DNA of 41,086 nt from an uncultured Verrucomicrobiota bacterium. Lineage in GTDB: Bacteria > Verrucomicrobiota > Kiritimatiellia > Kiritimatiellales > Tichowtungiaceae. Position 1 is the first letter of the stretch. The number at the start of each line of letters is the position of its first letter. Positions 9,508-18,919 of this stretch are shown in pieces. Where the stretch lies: the NCBI GenBank assembly GCA_964609345.1, contig CAZSSI010000001.1, positions 1 to 41,086 on the forward strand, read 5' to 3'. A program made the position numbers and the translations under genes. Below the pieces are notes generated by a model that saw only the letters and a list, made by a program, of their open reading frames with translations, was not told the DNA's origin and did no database searches.

Positions 9508-9992
9508 CCGCCTCCAGTGCCGCCTCGCCGAGATCGGAGCGCCAGCCGATGTCTGGTGCGCTTGCTGTGGGAACTGGCTGAACAGGCCGTGCGCGACCCG
9601 CTTACCGGACTTTATAATCGCCGGTTCTTTGATGAAGCGCTCGCGCAGAATATTGAAGCGGCCCGCCGGTATGGCCGCGAATTGAGTCTGGTGCTTTTCG
9701 ATCTCGATAATTTTAACAGATCAACGACACCTGCGGGCATCAGGCAGGAGACGAGGTGCTGAAAAAATTTTCTCGGCGTTTGCAGGAAACTGCACGCAAA
9801 GCCAATGTCGTCTGCCGTATCGGCGGCGACGAGTTCGCCGTTATTCTTCCGGAGACTGAACTTTCCAATGTCCCGAACTTTTTAAATCGGTTGGGAAGCA
9901 ATAATGCGACCGCTGGAGCGGCCGCATCACCATCGAAAAACCTTTTTACCGATGAGGATGCCGTATTGCGCGCGGCCAAGCCGACGCGGTAA
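9500..9992 (+). pseudogene. frameshifted GGDEF diguanylate cyclase
   Basis: RDPLTGLYNRRFF...FDLDNF in one frame and INDTCGHQAGDEVL...RIGGDEFAV in the next; apparent 1-nt losses near 9552 and 9717. Confidence 0.8.
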
Positions 9993-10005
9993 CCGTCAAA
10001 AACGA

Positions 10006-10164
10006 TTAAAAATCTTTGTCCCAGAACCAGACAATTTTTGTGGAGGTATTGGCTTTGCCGGCAGCATCAGCGCCTTTTAATCCCGGCTCCTTGGTGAGGG
10101 TTCGGCTGACGCACGAACTGCAGAGCAACAGGATCGCAATCAGGCAGAATAGTTTATTGATCAT
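10006..10164 (-). CDS. 52-aa putative lipoprotein (not in the ORF track)
   Basis: SD AAGGAG 18 bp after the serA stop; MINKLFCLIAILLLCSSC|VSRT...KIVWFWDKDF*. Confidence 0.65.
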   Translation of the reverse strand: MINKLFCLIAILLLCSSCVSRTLTKEPGLKGADAAGKANTSTKIVWFWDKDF

Positions 10165-10181
10165 ATAGACTCTCCTTGTTC

Positions 10182-11759
10182 TTAGAACGACACTGTACAG
10201 AAGCTGATAGCCTCAATCTTTCCGGCAACTTTAGCGAGAACCTTCTCCGGAACCGGCTGGCTGACTTTCAAGATCGCAATGGAACGTTCGCCGCTCTTGT
10301 CGTGCGGATTGCGGACATCGTCAATGTTGATGCCTTCTTTGGCCATGGCGCCGGCAATCTCGCTGAGGACACCGGGGCGATCCATATAAGTGAAGAGGGC
10401 AATGTGTCCGCTCGGCTCGAAGTAAAGTTTATCGAAGCCGCCGATGCGCGAGATCATCATGACGCCTTCAGCCACCGTGCCGCGCACGCTGATGCGGCGC
10501 AGGTTATCTTTATCAACGCTGGCCATCAGATCGATGGTAATGGAGTTGCCGTAGCCTTTAGTTCCGTCGGGTTCGCGGACGGAATATTCGATCCCCATAT
10601 CCTTGAGAAACGCGATAGCAGCTTTCGGATCCATCGAGCGGTCGAACTCATCGCTGAGCGCGCAGACTACCGGAACCACCAGCCATTTTCCGAAACGCTG
10701 CAGGTCGCCGTAGAAGCTGGCTTCGATGCGGCTGAGCTTGGTATCGCTGCCGATCATGGCGCGAGCCAGCGTGGCAATGGTGTAGGTCAGGTCGGCGTAG
10801 GCTTCGTCGAGGCCTTCCGGAATGTCGCGGTTGACGATGTACGACGTGATGCCCTTGTTGTCGAAATCAATCAGCTGTTCCGCCGAGCGCTGAGCCGCGT
10901 TGAAGTTGGCTTCTTTGGTGGACGCGCCGAGGTGCGGCACCATAATGTCGGCGATATCGATGACACTCTTCGGCCCTTCGGCGTCCTTGGCGTAAACATC
11001 GTTTAGGAAGCGCAGGGATTTTTCGGCCTTAATGGCGCGCAGGTCGTTTTCGTTCACGACGCCGGAACGGGCACAGTTGACAAGCGTGGCCCCTTTTTTC
11101 ATGACGCTGAAGAGCTCTTTATTGATCAGACCTTTGGTGTGCTCGTTTTCAGGAATGTGGAGAGAGACGTAGTCGCTCTGCGCAAAAAGGTCTTTCAGCG
11201 AGACCAGTTTAGCGCCGATTCGTGCGGCAGCTTCTTCGGAAAGAATTGGATCGAAGGCCAGAATTTTGCACTCAAAACCGCTGAGACGTTTGGCGACCAG
11301 TTTGCCGATCGCGCCGAGTCCGACGATACCGACGGTTTTGCCGGTAACTTCCCGACCCATGAATTTGGTCTTTTCCCATTCGCCGCGGCGGGTGGAAGCG
11401 TCGGCGGCGATCAGGTGACGGGCGTCGGTCAGCATGAGAGCGATTACTTCTTCGGCGACGGCGTTGGCGTTGGCGCCGGGCGTATTCATTACATCAACTT
11501 TTTTGTGCCGGGCGTGCTTGGTGTCGATCGTGTTGTAACCGGCACCAGCGCGGATGACCACTTTCAGGGCGGGCAGGGCGTCGATGAGTTCCGCTGTCAC
11601 TTTTTCACTTCGGACGATCAGGGCGTACGTATCGGGATGCTGTGCGACGAGAGCGGACAGTTCTGTTTGGGCGTCCTGCACAACGGTGTAATTTCCGTTA
11701 GCTTCGAGCAGTTCTTTGGCAATCGAGTCGAGTTTGGTCGGGATCAGTACTTTTTTCAT
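10182..11759 (-). CDS. serA: D-3-phosphoglycerate dehydrogenase (with ASB/ACT domains)
   Basis: LIVRSE, NTPGANANAVAE, GLGAIG, NCARSG, PHLGAST-EA, C-terminal DRPGV ACT domain. Confidence 0.92.
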   Translation of the reverse strand: MKKVLIPTKLDSIAKELLEANGNYTVVQDAQTELSALVAQHPDTYALIVRSEKVTAELIDALPALKVVIRAGAGYNTIDTKHARHKKVDVMNTPGANANAVAEEVIALMLTDARHLIAADASTRRGEWEKTKFMGREVTGKTVGIVGLGAIGKLVAKRLSGFECKILAFDPILSEEAAARIGAKLVSLKDLFAQSDYVSLHIPENEHTKGLINKELFSVMKKGATLVNCARSGVVNENDLRAIKAEKSLRFLNDVYAKDAEGPKSVIDIADIMVPHLGASTKEANFNAAQRSAEQLIDFDNKGITSYIVNRDIPEGLDEAYADLTYTIATLARAMIGSDTKLSRIEASFYGDLQRFGKWLVVPVVCALSDEFDRSMDPKAAIAFLKDMGIEYSVREPDGTKGYGNSITIDLMASVDKDNLRRISVRGTVAEGVMMISRIGGFDKLYFEPSGHIALFTYMDRPGVLSEIAGAMAKEGINIDDVRNPHDKSGERSIAILKVSQPVPEKVLAKVAGKIEAISFCTVSF

Positions 11760-11882
11760 ATTTTTCTCCGCAGAAAGGGTGAATGGGCACCACGTTAATC
11801 GGCGGACTTCACCGAATCAAGTGCAGACGGTTTTGTTTTTCGCTTCTTGACCGTGAACAGGGCGCTCTTCTATGGTGTCGGC

Positions 11883-12386
11883 ATGAAATCTGTTAAAACT
11901 TTTCTGATTCCTGTTCTGGCTCTGATTCTTTCCGGCTGCGCGGGGTACCGCGTCGGCAGTACGCTTCCCAAGTCGGTTCAGTCGGTCAGTCTGGCGATTG
12001 TTAATAAAACGGATGAGCCATCCATTGAGGTGGCTGTGAAAAAAGCTTTGATTGCCGAGTTGCAGATGGACGGTCGTCTTGAAGTGCGTCCGTTGGAAGA
12101 AGCGGATGCCACGCTGACCGTGACGCTGACAAAATTCGATCTGGATGCACTGGCGTTCAACCGGTTGCAAGGTTCGCTGGCCGAAGAATACCGCATGACA
12201 CTGACAGCCAAAGCAGTGTTCAGCGATGCGCAGACCGGCGAAGTGATTCAGGAATCTCCGGTTGTGCGGGGTGAGTCGGAGTTTCCTTATGCCACCGACT
12301 TAACCACGACCAAGCGTGAAGCGTTGCCGAAGGCGGCAAACGACCTGGCGCGCAAAGTGGTCAGCACCGTGGTGACTGCCTGGTAA
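11883..12386 (+). CDS. lptE: LptE-like outer-membrane lipoprotein
   Basis: Lipobox LSGC followed by AGYR...LP; LptE-type fold pattern. Confidence 0.65.
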   Translation: MKSVKTFLIPVLALILSGCAGYRVGSTLPKSVQSVSLAIVNKTDEPSIEVAVKKALIAELQMDGRLEVRPLEEADATLTVTLTKFDLDALAFNRLQGSLAEEYRMTLTAKAVFSDAQTGEVIQESPVVRGESEFPYATDLTTTKREALPKAANDLARKVVSTVVTAW

Positions 12387-12392
12387 AGAAGA

Positions 12393-12494
12393 TTGGAATG
12401 ATGGAATAAGGGAGTGATGGATTGTTGGAAGAAGATCATGTTACTTCGAGGGTGCTTCTGATCTTTATTTTTTAGTGATCAATCCACTGTTCCA
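12393..12494. repeat. 8-bp period repeat (TGGAATGA-like) with an inverted partner
   Basis: TTGGAATGATGGAATAAGGGAGTGATGGATTGTTGGA ... AATCCACTGTTCCA. Confidence 0.6.
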
Positions 12495-12495
12495 T

Positions 12496-12528
12496 AAAAA
12501 AAGCCGTCCAGTGAAGGACGGCTTTTTT
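12496..12528. terminator. bidirectional terminator
   Basis: AAAAAAGCCGTCC-AGTGAA-GGACGGCTTTTTT. Confidence 0.88.
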
Positions 12529-12548
12529 GTTTTCCAGAATCCGGAAAA

Positions 12549-12815
12549 CTATTTTGCCAGCTTGCGCAGGGCGGCAACGGCCCGCTTTTTACGGCGGATC
12601 GCGGTGTTCTTCTTGATGACGCCGCGTTTGACGGCTTTATCAAGCACCGAGCTGTACTCGCGTACAGCCTGTTCAGACGTTGCAGCAACGCCGCCGGTCA
12701 GCACTTCGCGTGTTTTGCGGCGGACGGTTTTGACTTTCGTCTTAACCGTCATGTTGCCGACGCGCTGCTTTTCAGACGAGCGCATTCTTTTTTTGGCACT
12801 TTTAATATTCGGCAT
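12549..12815 (-). CDS. rpsT: 30S ribosomal protein S20
   Basis: MPNIKSAKKRMR...LDKAVKRGVIKKNTAIRRK. Confidence 0.97.
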   Translation of the reverse strand: MPNIKSAKKRMRSSEKQRVGNMTVKTKVKTVRRKTREVLTGGVAATSEQAVREYSSVLDKAVKRGVIKKNTAIRRKKRAVAALRKLAK

Positions 12816-13050
12816 TTTTGAACCTCGGTTTTATTGAGTCACTGCTACTGGGGGGGCGGCTGTCGCGCATAGCACGCGAACGGGCGCGAGCCTGTTTCTT
12901 GCGGCGTTTGTCGCCCGGCTTTTCAAAGCGGCGGCGTTCGCGCATGTCCTTCAGAATTCCTTCGCGGTCGAGCAGTTTTTTTAAACGGCGGAGACCCTTT
13001 TCGACAGGTTCGCCGCGGCGGAGTTTTACTTCACAAGATGTACTGGCCAT
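12802..13050 (-). CDS. rpsU: 30S ribosomal protein S21
   Basis: EPVEKGLRRLKK...EGIL...RRFEKP; the C-terminal tail overlaps rpsT by 14 bp. Confidence 0.93.
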   Translation of the reverse strand: MASTSCEVKLRRGEPVEKGLRRLKKLLDREGILKDMRERRRFEKPGDKRRKKQARARSRAMRDSRPPSSSDSIKPRFKNAEY

Positions 13051-13151
13051 AATTTTAACACCCCCTTAAGCGGGATAGGATTTTTCACAAAGGCGGAGAA
13101 GTTAGGTGATGGGCTTTGGTTTGTCAACCGATTATCTGGTGAAAAGGCTCG

Positions 13152-13373
13152 TCAGTCCCTGTGGCGGAACGAGATGCGTCCTTTGGTCAGGTCGTAGGGC
13201 GAGATTTCAACAGTTACCCGGTCGCCGATGGCGATTCGAATAAAGTTTTTACGCATTTTACCGGAGATGTGAGCAAGAACGCGGTGCCCGTTTACCAGCT
13301 TCACGTTATACATCGTGGCCGGCAGAACCTTTTCCACAACACCTTCGAGTTCAATTACTTCATCTTTGGCCAT
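13152..13373 (-). CDS. infA: translation initiation factor IF-1
   Basis: [11 protein letters not shown]...[14 protein letters not shown]...[10 protein letters not shown]. Confidence 0.98.
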   Translation of the reverse strand: MAKDEVIELEGVVEKVLPATMYNVKLVNGHRVLAHISGKMRKNFIRIAIGDRVTVEISPYDLTKGRISFRHRD

Positions 13374-13539
13374 GCATTCTCCAGTCCGGTTTCATTTTTG
13401 TCGCGCCGATGCTACACGCGCACCCCGCCATTGCAAGAAGGCATTTGAAAAGAGTTGGCGCGAAAACTTGAGTGAACGACTCTCTCAAGGCATATTTCGG
13501 CGCTCCAACCCCTAGAAATTTTTTAAAGAGGAAACGCAC

Positions 13540-15192
13540 ATGGAAGCATTGAAAAAATCGACTGTTTTTAAAGGACCGCAAGGGCCGGTAGTACTGGTTA
13601 TCATGGACGGCGTCGGTATCGGCAAGTATGCCGAAGGTGATTTTGTTCTTTCTTCAAACACGCCCAACCTCGACTGGCTGATGAAAAACGGGGTTTCTAC
13701 AAAGCTTCAGGCGCACGGTACCGCCGTCGGCCTGCCGAGCGACGAAGATATGGGCAACAGCGAAGTCGGCCATAACGCAATCGGCTGCGGTCGCGTATTT
13801 CATCAAGGCGCGGCGCTGGTCAGTGAGGCAATCGCCTCCGGCGCGATGTTTTCCGGTCAAACGTGGAAGGAACTCGTTGCCAATGTCAAAGCCAACGGCT
13901 TGACGATTCATTTTATCGGCCTCTTTTCCGATGGCAACGTCCACAGTCACATTGATCATCTCAAGGCGATGCTGAAACAGGCCAAGGCGGAAGGAATCAA
14001 GACGGCACGCGTTCATCCGCTGATCGACGGACGCGACGTTCCGCCGACGTCCGCGCTCGAATATGTCAAACCGTTCGAGGCGTTTCTGGCGGAGCTGAAT
14101 GCTGACGGAACCGTGGACTACGACATTGCTTCCGGCGGCGGACGCATGAACATTACCATGGATCGCTACAACGCGAACTGGGATATGGTTAAGCGCGGCT
14201 GGGACACGCACGTCAAAGGCGAAGGCCGCCTATTCGCCAGCATGACACAGGCGATTGAAACGTTCCGCGCTGAAAAGCCCGGCATTCTCGACCAGGACTT
14301 GCCGCCGTTCGTGATTGAACGCAACGGGAAAGCCATCGGTAAAGTCGTGGATGGCGACAGCGTTGTCTTTTTCAACTTTCGCGGCGACCGTGCGCTCGAA
14401 ATCACCAAAGCGTTCGAGGCCGACGATCTTAAAGAGTTTGCCCGCGGCCCAAAACCGAAGGTCTACTATGCCGGTATGATGCAGTACGATGGCGATCTGC
14501 GTATTCCGCGCAATTATCTGGTTACGCCGCCTGCCATCAACCGCACGATGGGCGAATATCTTGCCGCATCCGGTGTGCACCAGCTTGCGATCAGCGAAAC
14601 GCAGAAGTACGGCCACGTCACCTATTTCTTTAATGGCAACCGCGCCGACAAATTCAACGAGGCTCTTGAGGACTACGTCGAAATCAAGTCCGATGTTTGT
14701 CCGTTTGAGGAAAAGCCGCGCATGAAGGCTGTTGAAATCACGGATGCCGTGATTAAGGCGATCGAAAGCGGCAAGTATGAATTCATCCGCCTCAACTATC
14801 CCAACGGCGACATGGTCGGCCACACCGGCGTTTTTTCTGCCGTTACCATCGCGGTTGAAGCCGTGGATGAGGCGTTGGGTAAACTCAAAGTCGCCGTCGA
14901 AAAAGCTAGTGGAATTATGGTAATCAGCGCTGACCACGGCAATGCCGATGATATGTATGAGCACGACAAGACCGGCGCGGTGAAGCTCAATAAAGCCGGT
15001 CAGCCGCAAGCCAAGACGGCTCATTCGCTCAATCCGGTTCCGGCTATTGTTTACGATCCGTCCGGCGTTTCGAAAGCGCGGCTTTCGGCGGCGAAAGGTC
15101 TGGGAATCAGCAGTCTTGCGGGCACTTGCCTGAAACTGCTCGGCTATGTGCCGCCCGCCGATTACACGCCAAGTATCGTTGACGTTGGCTGA
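13540..15192 (+). CDS. gpmI: 2,3-bisphosphoglycerate-independent phosphoglycerate mutase
   Basis: IMDGVG, MGNSEVGH, SDGNVHSH, DGRDV, NFRGDR, SETQKYGHVT, DMVGHTG, ADHGNA. Confidence 0.96.
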   Translation: MEALKKSTVFKGPQGPVVLVIMDGVGIGKYAEGDFVLSSNTPNLDWLMKNGVSTKLQAHGTAVGLPSDEDMGNSEVGHNAIGCGRVFHQGAALVSEAIASGAMFSGQTWKELVANVKANGLTIHFIGLFSDGNVHSHIDHLKAMLKQAKAEGIKTARVHPLIDGRDVPPTSALEYVKPFEAFLAELNADGTVDYDIASGGGRMNITMDRYNANWDMVKRGWDTHVKGEGRLFASMTQAIETFRAEKPGILDQDLPPFVIERNGKAIGKVVDGDSVVFFNFRGDRALEITKAFEADDLKEFARGPKPKVYYAGMMQYDGDLRIPRNYLVTPPAINRTMGEYLAASGVHQLAISETQKYGHVTYFFNGNRADKFNEALEDYVEIKSDVCPFEEKPRMKAVEITDAVIKAIESGKYEFIRLNYPNGDMVGHTGVFSAVTIAVEAVDEALGKLKVAVEKASGIMVISADHGNADDMYEHDKTGAVKLNKAGQPQAKTAHSLNPVPAIVYDPSGVSKARLSAAKGLGISSLAGTCLKLLGYVPPADYTPSIVDVG

Positions 15193-15263
15193 AGCCGTTC
15201 AATGTTTGGAAAACGGGAGCTTCCCGCTCGACGACAGGCAGGTTGAAAAGGTATTTTCGAACC

Positions 15264-18200
15264 ATGTACAAATCTTTTTCCAAAGGTATCTTCGTACTTT
15301 GTTTCTTTTTAACGGCTCTTGTTGCGCTTTCTGCCCCGACCGTTGAGCTGACTGCGCAGGAGCAGGCTTGGCTGACCGAACATGGTGGAACGATTCGCGT
15401 GGCCTGTCACGGCAACTACATGCCGGTCTCTTTTGTCAGTCAATCCGGCCGAGCCGATGGGATCATGCCTGATCTGTTTCGTTGGATAGCAGAGCGGAAC
15501 GGATTCAATGTGGAGTTTATTCCCGCTACACGAAAGCAGAGTGAAGAAAACATCCTTTCGGGTAAATATGATGTAGCCGTCAGTGCTACAGAAAATAATG
15601 ACGATGCACGGCTGCTTTATACAGCGGATGTGATGGAGTTGCCGGTATTTCTGTTTGTGCCAAGTAAGAACTGGACGAAAATCCTCCCGTCTGGATTGAG
15701 GATCGCGTATGACAGCAATCCATCGCCGCTTGACCGGATGAAGGTCTCTTATCAAAAAGTTCCCTGTAACACGCTGAGTGAAACGGTGGATGCCGTACGC
15801 TCGGGCCGGGCGGATGCGTTGCTTTGCAGTGAACCGGTGTTTCTCTATTATTGCTATACGCAGAATCTGACTGATGAATTTAAAAAAGTCGGCCCCGCGT
15901 TGCAAACTAGTCATCTTTGCATGGTCGTTGCGCCGAGCAATGCTCCGTTATATACGCTGCTGTCTAAATCGTTAGAAAAGGCTAGGTCGGAAGGTGTAAT
16001 ACGCTGGATTGGCCGGGAATGGGTCGGGGGGGCGTATACCAAGATTGGTGCGCGGATTTTGCACTACAGTTTTTACGTTGTGCTCGGATTCGGTTTGCTG
16101 CTGGCGGCACTGCTGCTGTTCTGGTTGTGGGATATCCGGCTGTCGCGGCGCGTAGTCGAAAAGACCCGGCAGTTACGTAATAGCGAGGAACGGTTACGCA
16201 CCATTTTCCAGAATTCGCCGGATGCTATTTTGATTGAGGACGATCACGGCACCGTGTTGGACGCCAATCCGGTGGCGTGCGCTTTTCACGGCCTAAGCCA
16301 CGGTGAAATGATTGGAAGAAACGCGTTCGATATGGTTTCTGCCGCCTGCCGCAATGAAGTGGAGCGGGATTTCAATAAATGGTTTACCGGCGAATTAAAA
16401 CGCCACGAAACGCTTCTACAGTCCAGCGACGGCCGCGAAGTTCCGGTCGAAGTGATTGGTGCACCAATGCGGTTTGAAGGAAAGAACGCCGTCCTGTTGC
16501 TGGTGCGGGATATGACTCAGCGCAAGCATGTTGAGCAGGCCCTGGAAGAGAGCGAAATGCGCTACCGCGGACTGGTTGAAGCGCAGAGCAATTTCATTGT
16601 CCGCATTGATACAGGAGGTCTTTTCACATTCGTTAACGAAGCGTTCTGCCGGTTTGTGGGGCGTTCGCGCGGCGAGCTGGTTGGAACGGACTGCCGGTCA
16701 TTCATTTACTATGATGACCTTGCGATTCCCAACCAGACAATCGAAACGCTGGTGTCCCGCCGTGAAAGGGCCGTGACCGTTGAACACCGGATGCGTGCCC
16801 GCACCCGCACCGCCTGGGTGCAATGGGAAAACATCGCCGTTTTTGATGAATCCGGACGGGTGGTCGAAATTCAGAGTGTGGGTCAGGATATCACGGAGCG
16901 TCGCCGGATTTATGAAGCCTTGCAGGAAAGTGAAAAACGGCTCCGGTTTTTATTTGAAGAAATTCCTCACGTCGCTGTGCAAGGCTACAACACCGCTCGC
17001 GAGGTCATCTTCTGGAACCATGCCAGCGAAGAACTCTATAAATACTCCAAAAAAGATGTCCTTGGCCGGAAAATGGAAGACATTGTACTAACCACTGACC
17101 GGCGGGAGGAGATGGTGGCCGCGTTCGATAACTGGGTCAAAACCGGCGTGCCGATTCCTTCCGGCGAAGTGCTGAAGAGTACAGCCGACGGACGGCAGGT
17201 GGCGGTTTATTCCAGCCGTCTGGCCACGCGCAATCACCACGGCGAATGGGAGCTGTATGTAATCGACGTGGATCTTTCCGAGCTGAAACGCGCTAGCGAA
17301 GAGATCGTGAAGGCCAAGGAAGCTGCAGAACGAGCCAGCCGTGCCAAGAGCGAGTTTTTAGCCAACATGAGCCATGAAATACGCACGCCGATGAACGGCG
17401 TCATGGGAATGACCCATCTGCTACTCGAAACCCAGCTGACCGCGGATCAGCGCGACAGCGTTCAGACCATCATGGAATCAACTCAGGAACTGATGCGTAT
17501 CATCGATGAACTGCTCGACATTTCACGCATTGAGGCTGGCGAGGTGCGGTTGCACCCCGAACCGTTCTGTATGCGGGAAACAGTTGAAAAAGTGGTTTTT
17601 CTATTTGCCGATCGCGCCGGTAAAAAAGGCGTGGACATTTCGATCGCCATTCATGATAGCGTACCGAAACAAATGCTCGGCGATTCCGGACGCATTCGTC
17701 AGGTTTTGATCAATCTGGTCGGCAATGCGTTAAAGTTCACTCATGACGGCCACATTCAAATTCGCATGCAGGCCGAACGTGCCGAAGACGGCTGGAATCT
17801 GCTGGCAGATGTTAAAGATACCGGTATCGGCATGACATCCGAACTGCAGGAGCGCATCTTTGAAAAATTTACGCAAGGCGACACGTCGTCGAAGCGCCAG
17901 TACGGCGGAACCGGCCTCGGACTGGCTATTACCCGTCAGTTGGTCCGCCTGATGGGCGGCGAAATCAGCGTGAGCAGCGAAGTCAACAAGGGGTCTGCGT
18001 TCCGATTTAATCTCAAGCTCGGCAGTGCAGAAGCTAACGAGCCGGTTCCGGCTCCTGTCACACCGGCTTCGAACGAAGAGAAAAAGATTTCAGGGAATAT
18101 TCTGCTGGTCGAAGATAATCTGGTGAATCAGAAAGTGGCCGCGGCAATGATCAAAAAGATGGGATGCACTGTAACCGTTGTGCCGAACGGCGCCCGGGCG

Positions 18201-18455
18201 CTGGAGCAGATTGCTTTACGTAAATTTGATCTCATTTTTATGGACTGTCAGATGCCGATCATGGACGGGTTTGAAGCTACTTTAGCCATCCGGCAGATGG
18301 TCGGCGAAATTCGCGACATTCCGATCGTTGCCATGACCGCACACGCTCTCAAAGAAGACCGTCAGCACTGCCTGGATGCCGGCATGAACGACTACCTGTC
18401 CAAGCCGGTTCATATCGATGCTCTTGTCGCCGTCCTGCAGAAGTATTGCGGATAA
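15264..18455 (+). CDS. hybrid sensor histidine kinase (periplasmic SBP domain, 3 PAS, HisKA, HATPase, receiver)
   Basis: [43 protein letters not shown]...FMDCQMP...KP. Confidence 0.95.
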   Translation: MYKSFSKGIFVLCFFLTALVALSAPTVELTAQEQAWLTEHGGTIRVACHGNYMPVSFVSQSGRADGIMPDLFRWIAERNGFNVEFIPATRKQSEENILSGKYDVAVSATENNDDARLLYTADVMELPVFLFVPSKNWTKILPSGLRIAYDSNPSPLDRMKVSYQKVPCNTLSETVDAVRSGRADALLCSEPVFLYYCYTQNLTDEFKKVGPALQTSHLCMVVAPSNAPLYTLLSKSLEKARSEGVIRWIGREWVGGAYTKIGARILHYSFYVVLGFGLLLAALLLFWLWDIRLSRRVVEKTRQLRNSEERLRTIFQNSPDAILIEDDHGTVLDANPVACAFHGLSHGEMIGRNAFDMVSAACRNEVERDFNKWFTGELKRHETLLQSSDGREVPVEVIGAPMRFEGKNAVLLLVRDMTQRKHVEQALEESEMRYRGLVEAQSNFIVRIDTGGLFTFVNEAFCRFVGRSRGELVGTDCRSFIYYDDLAIPNQTIETLVSRRERAVTVEHRMRARTRTAWVQWENIAVFDESGRVVEIQSVGQDITERRRIYEALQESEKRLRFLFEEIPHVAVQGYNTAREVIFWNHASEELYKYSKKDVLGRKMEDIVLTTDRREEMVAAFDNWVKTGVPIPSGEVLKSTADGRQVAVYSSRLATRNHHGEWELYVIDVDLSELKRASEEIVKAKEAAERASRAKSEFLANMSHEIRTPMNGVMGMTHLLLETQLTADQRDSVQTIMESTQELMRIIDELLDISRIEAGEVRLHPEPFCMRETVEKVVFLFADRAGKKGVDISIAIHDSVPKQMLGDSGRIRQVLINLVGNALKFTHDGHIQIRMQAERAEDGWNLLADVKDTGIGMTSELQERIFEKFTQGDTSSKRQYGGTGLGLAITRQLVRLMGGEISVSSEVNKGSAFRFNLKLGSAEANEPVPAPVTPASNEEKKISGNILLVEDNLVNQKVAAAMIKKMGCTVTVVPNGARALEQIALRKFDLIFMDCQMPIMDGFEATLAIRQMVGEIRDIPIVAMTAHALKEDRQHCLDAGMNDYLSKPVHIDALVAVLQKYCG

Positions 18456-18479
18456 CTGCATCCGGCAATGGATGTGTGA

Positions 18480-18567
18480 TGGCGGAGGGGGAGGGATTCG
18501 AACCCCCGGAACCTTGCGGTTCTCCGGTTTTCAAGACCGGCGCGTTAAACCACTCTGCCACCCCTCC
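18480..18567 (-). tRNA. tRNA-Ser(TGA)
   Basis: GGAGGGGTGGCAGAGTGGTTTAACGCGCCGGTCTTGAAAACCGG, long variable arm, GGTTCGAATCC...CGCCA. Confidence 0.96.
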
Positions 18568-18615
18568 GGAAGATGAGCGCCAGATAATAGAGCTCGCCCC
18601 ATCAAAAACAAGTTC

Positions 18616-18798
18616 CTATTTGACGGGATTACAGACTTTTCCCATGAACAGGATCGCGCCGCTGGCGTTGTCGCGGATCAGGAACAGGAACAGGTGATCG
18701 GCGCGGAAGACTTTGGGTGGTGAGAGAATTGATGCGGCGTACACCATCACTCCGGTTGAAGCGGCGGCCTCGGTGCCTTTTTGATCCACCTGCACGAA
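18616..18798 (-). pseudogene. serpin C-terminal fragment (hinge/RCL plus signature)
   Basis: FVQVDQKGTEAAAST...FRADHLFLFLIRDNASGAILFMGKVCNP; the N-terminal ~300 aa are absent. Confidence 0.8.
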
Positions 18799-18919
18799 CG
18801 GTGTGTTATCTGCAATGATTATAGGAGGGTAAAATGTTTTGCCGCCGCCGCAAAAAGCTGATAGGTTGACCCCGGTTTGCAGGGCAATTCCCCTGATGAA
18901 TAAAAACGGGGACGCGGTT

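Noticed and set aside
18349-18697. ORFs 18349-18561 and 18446-18697
   Set aside because: Translations of the tRNA-Ser sequence.
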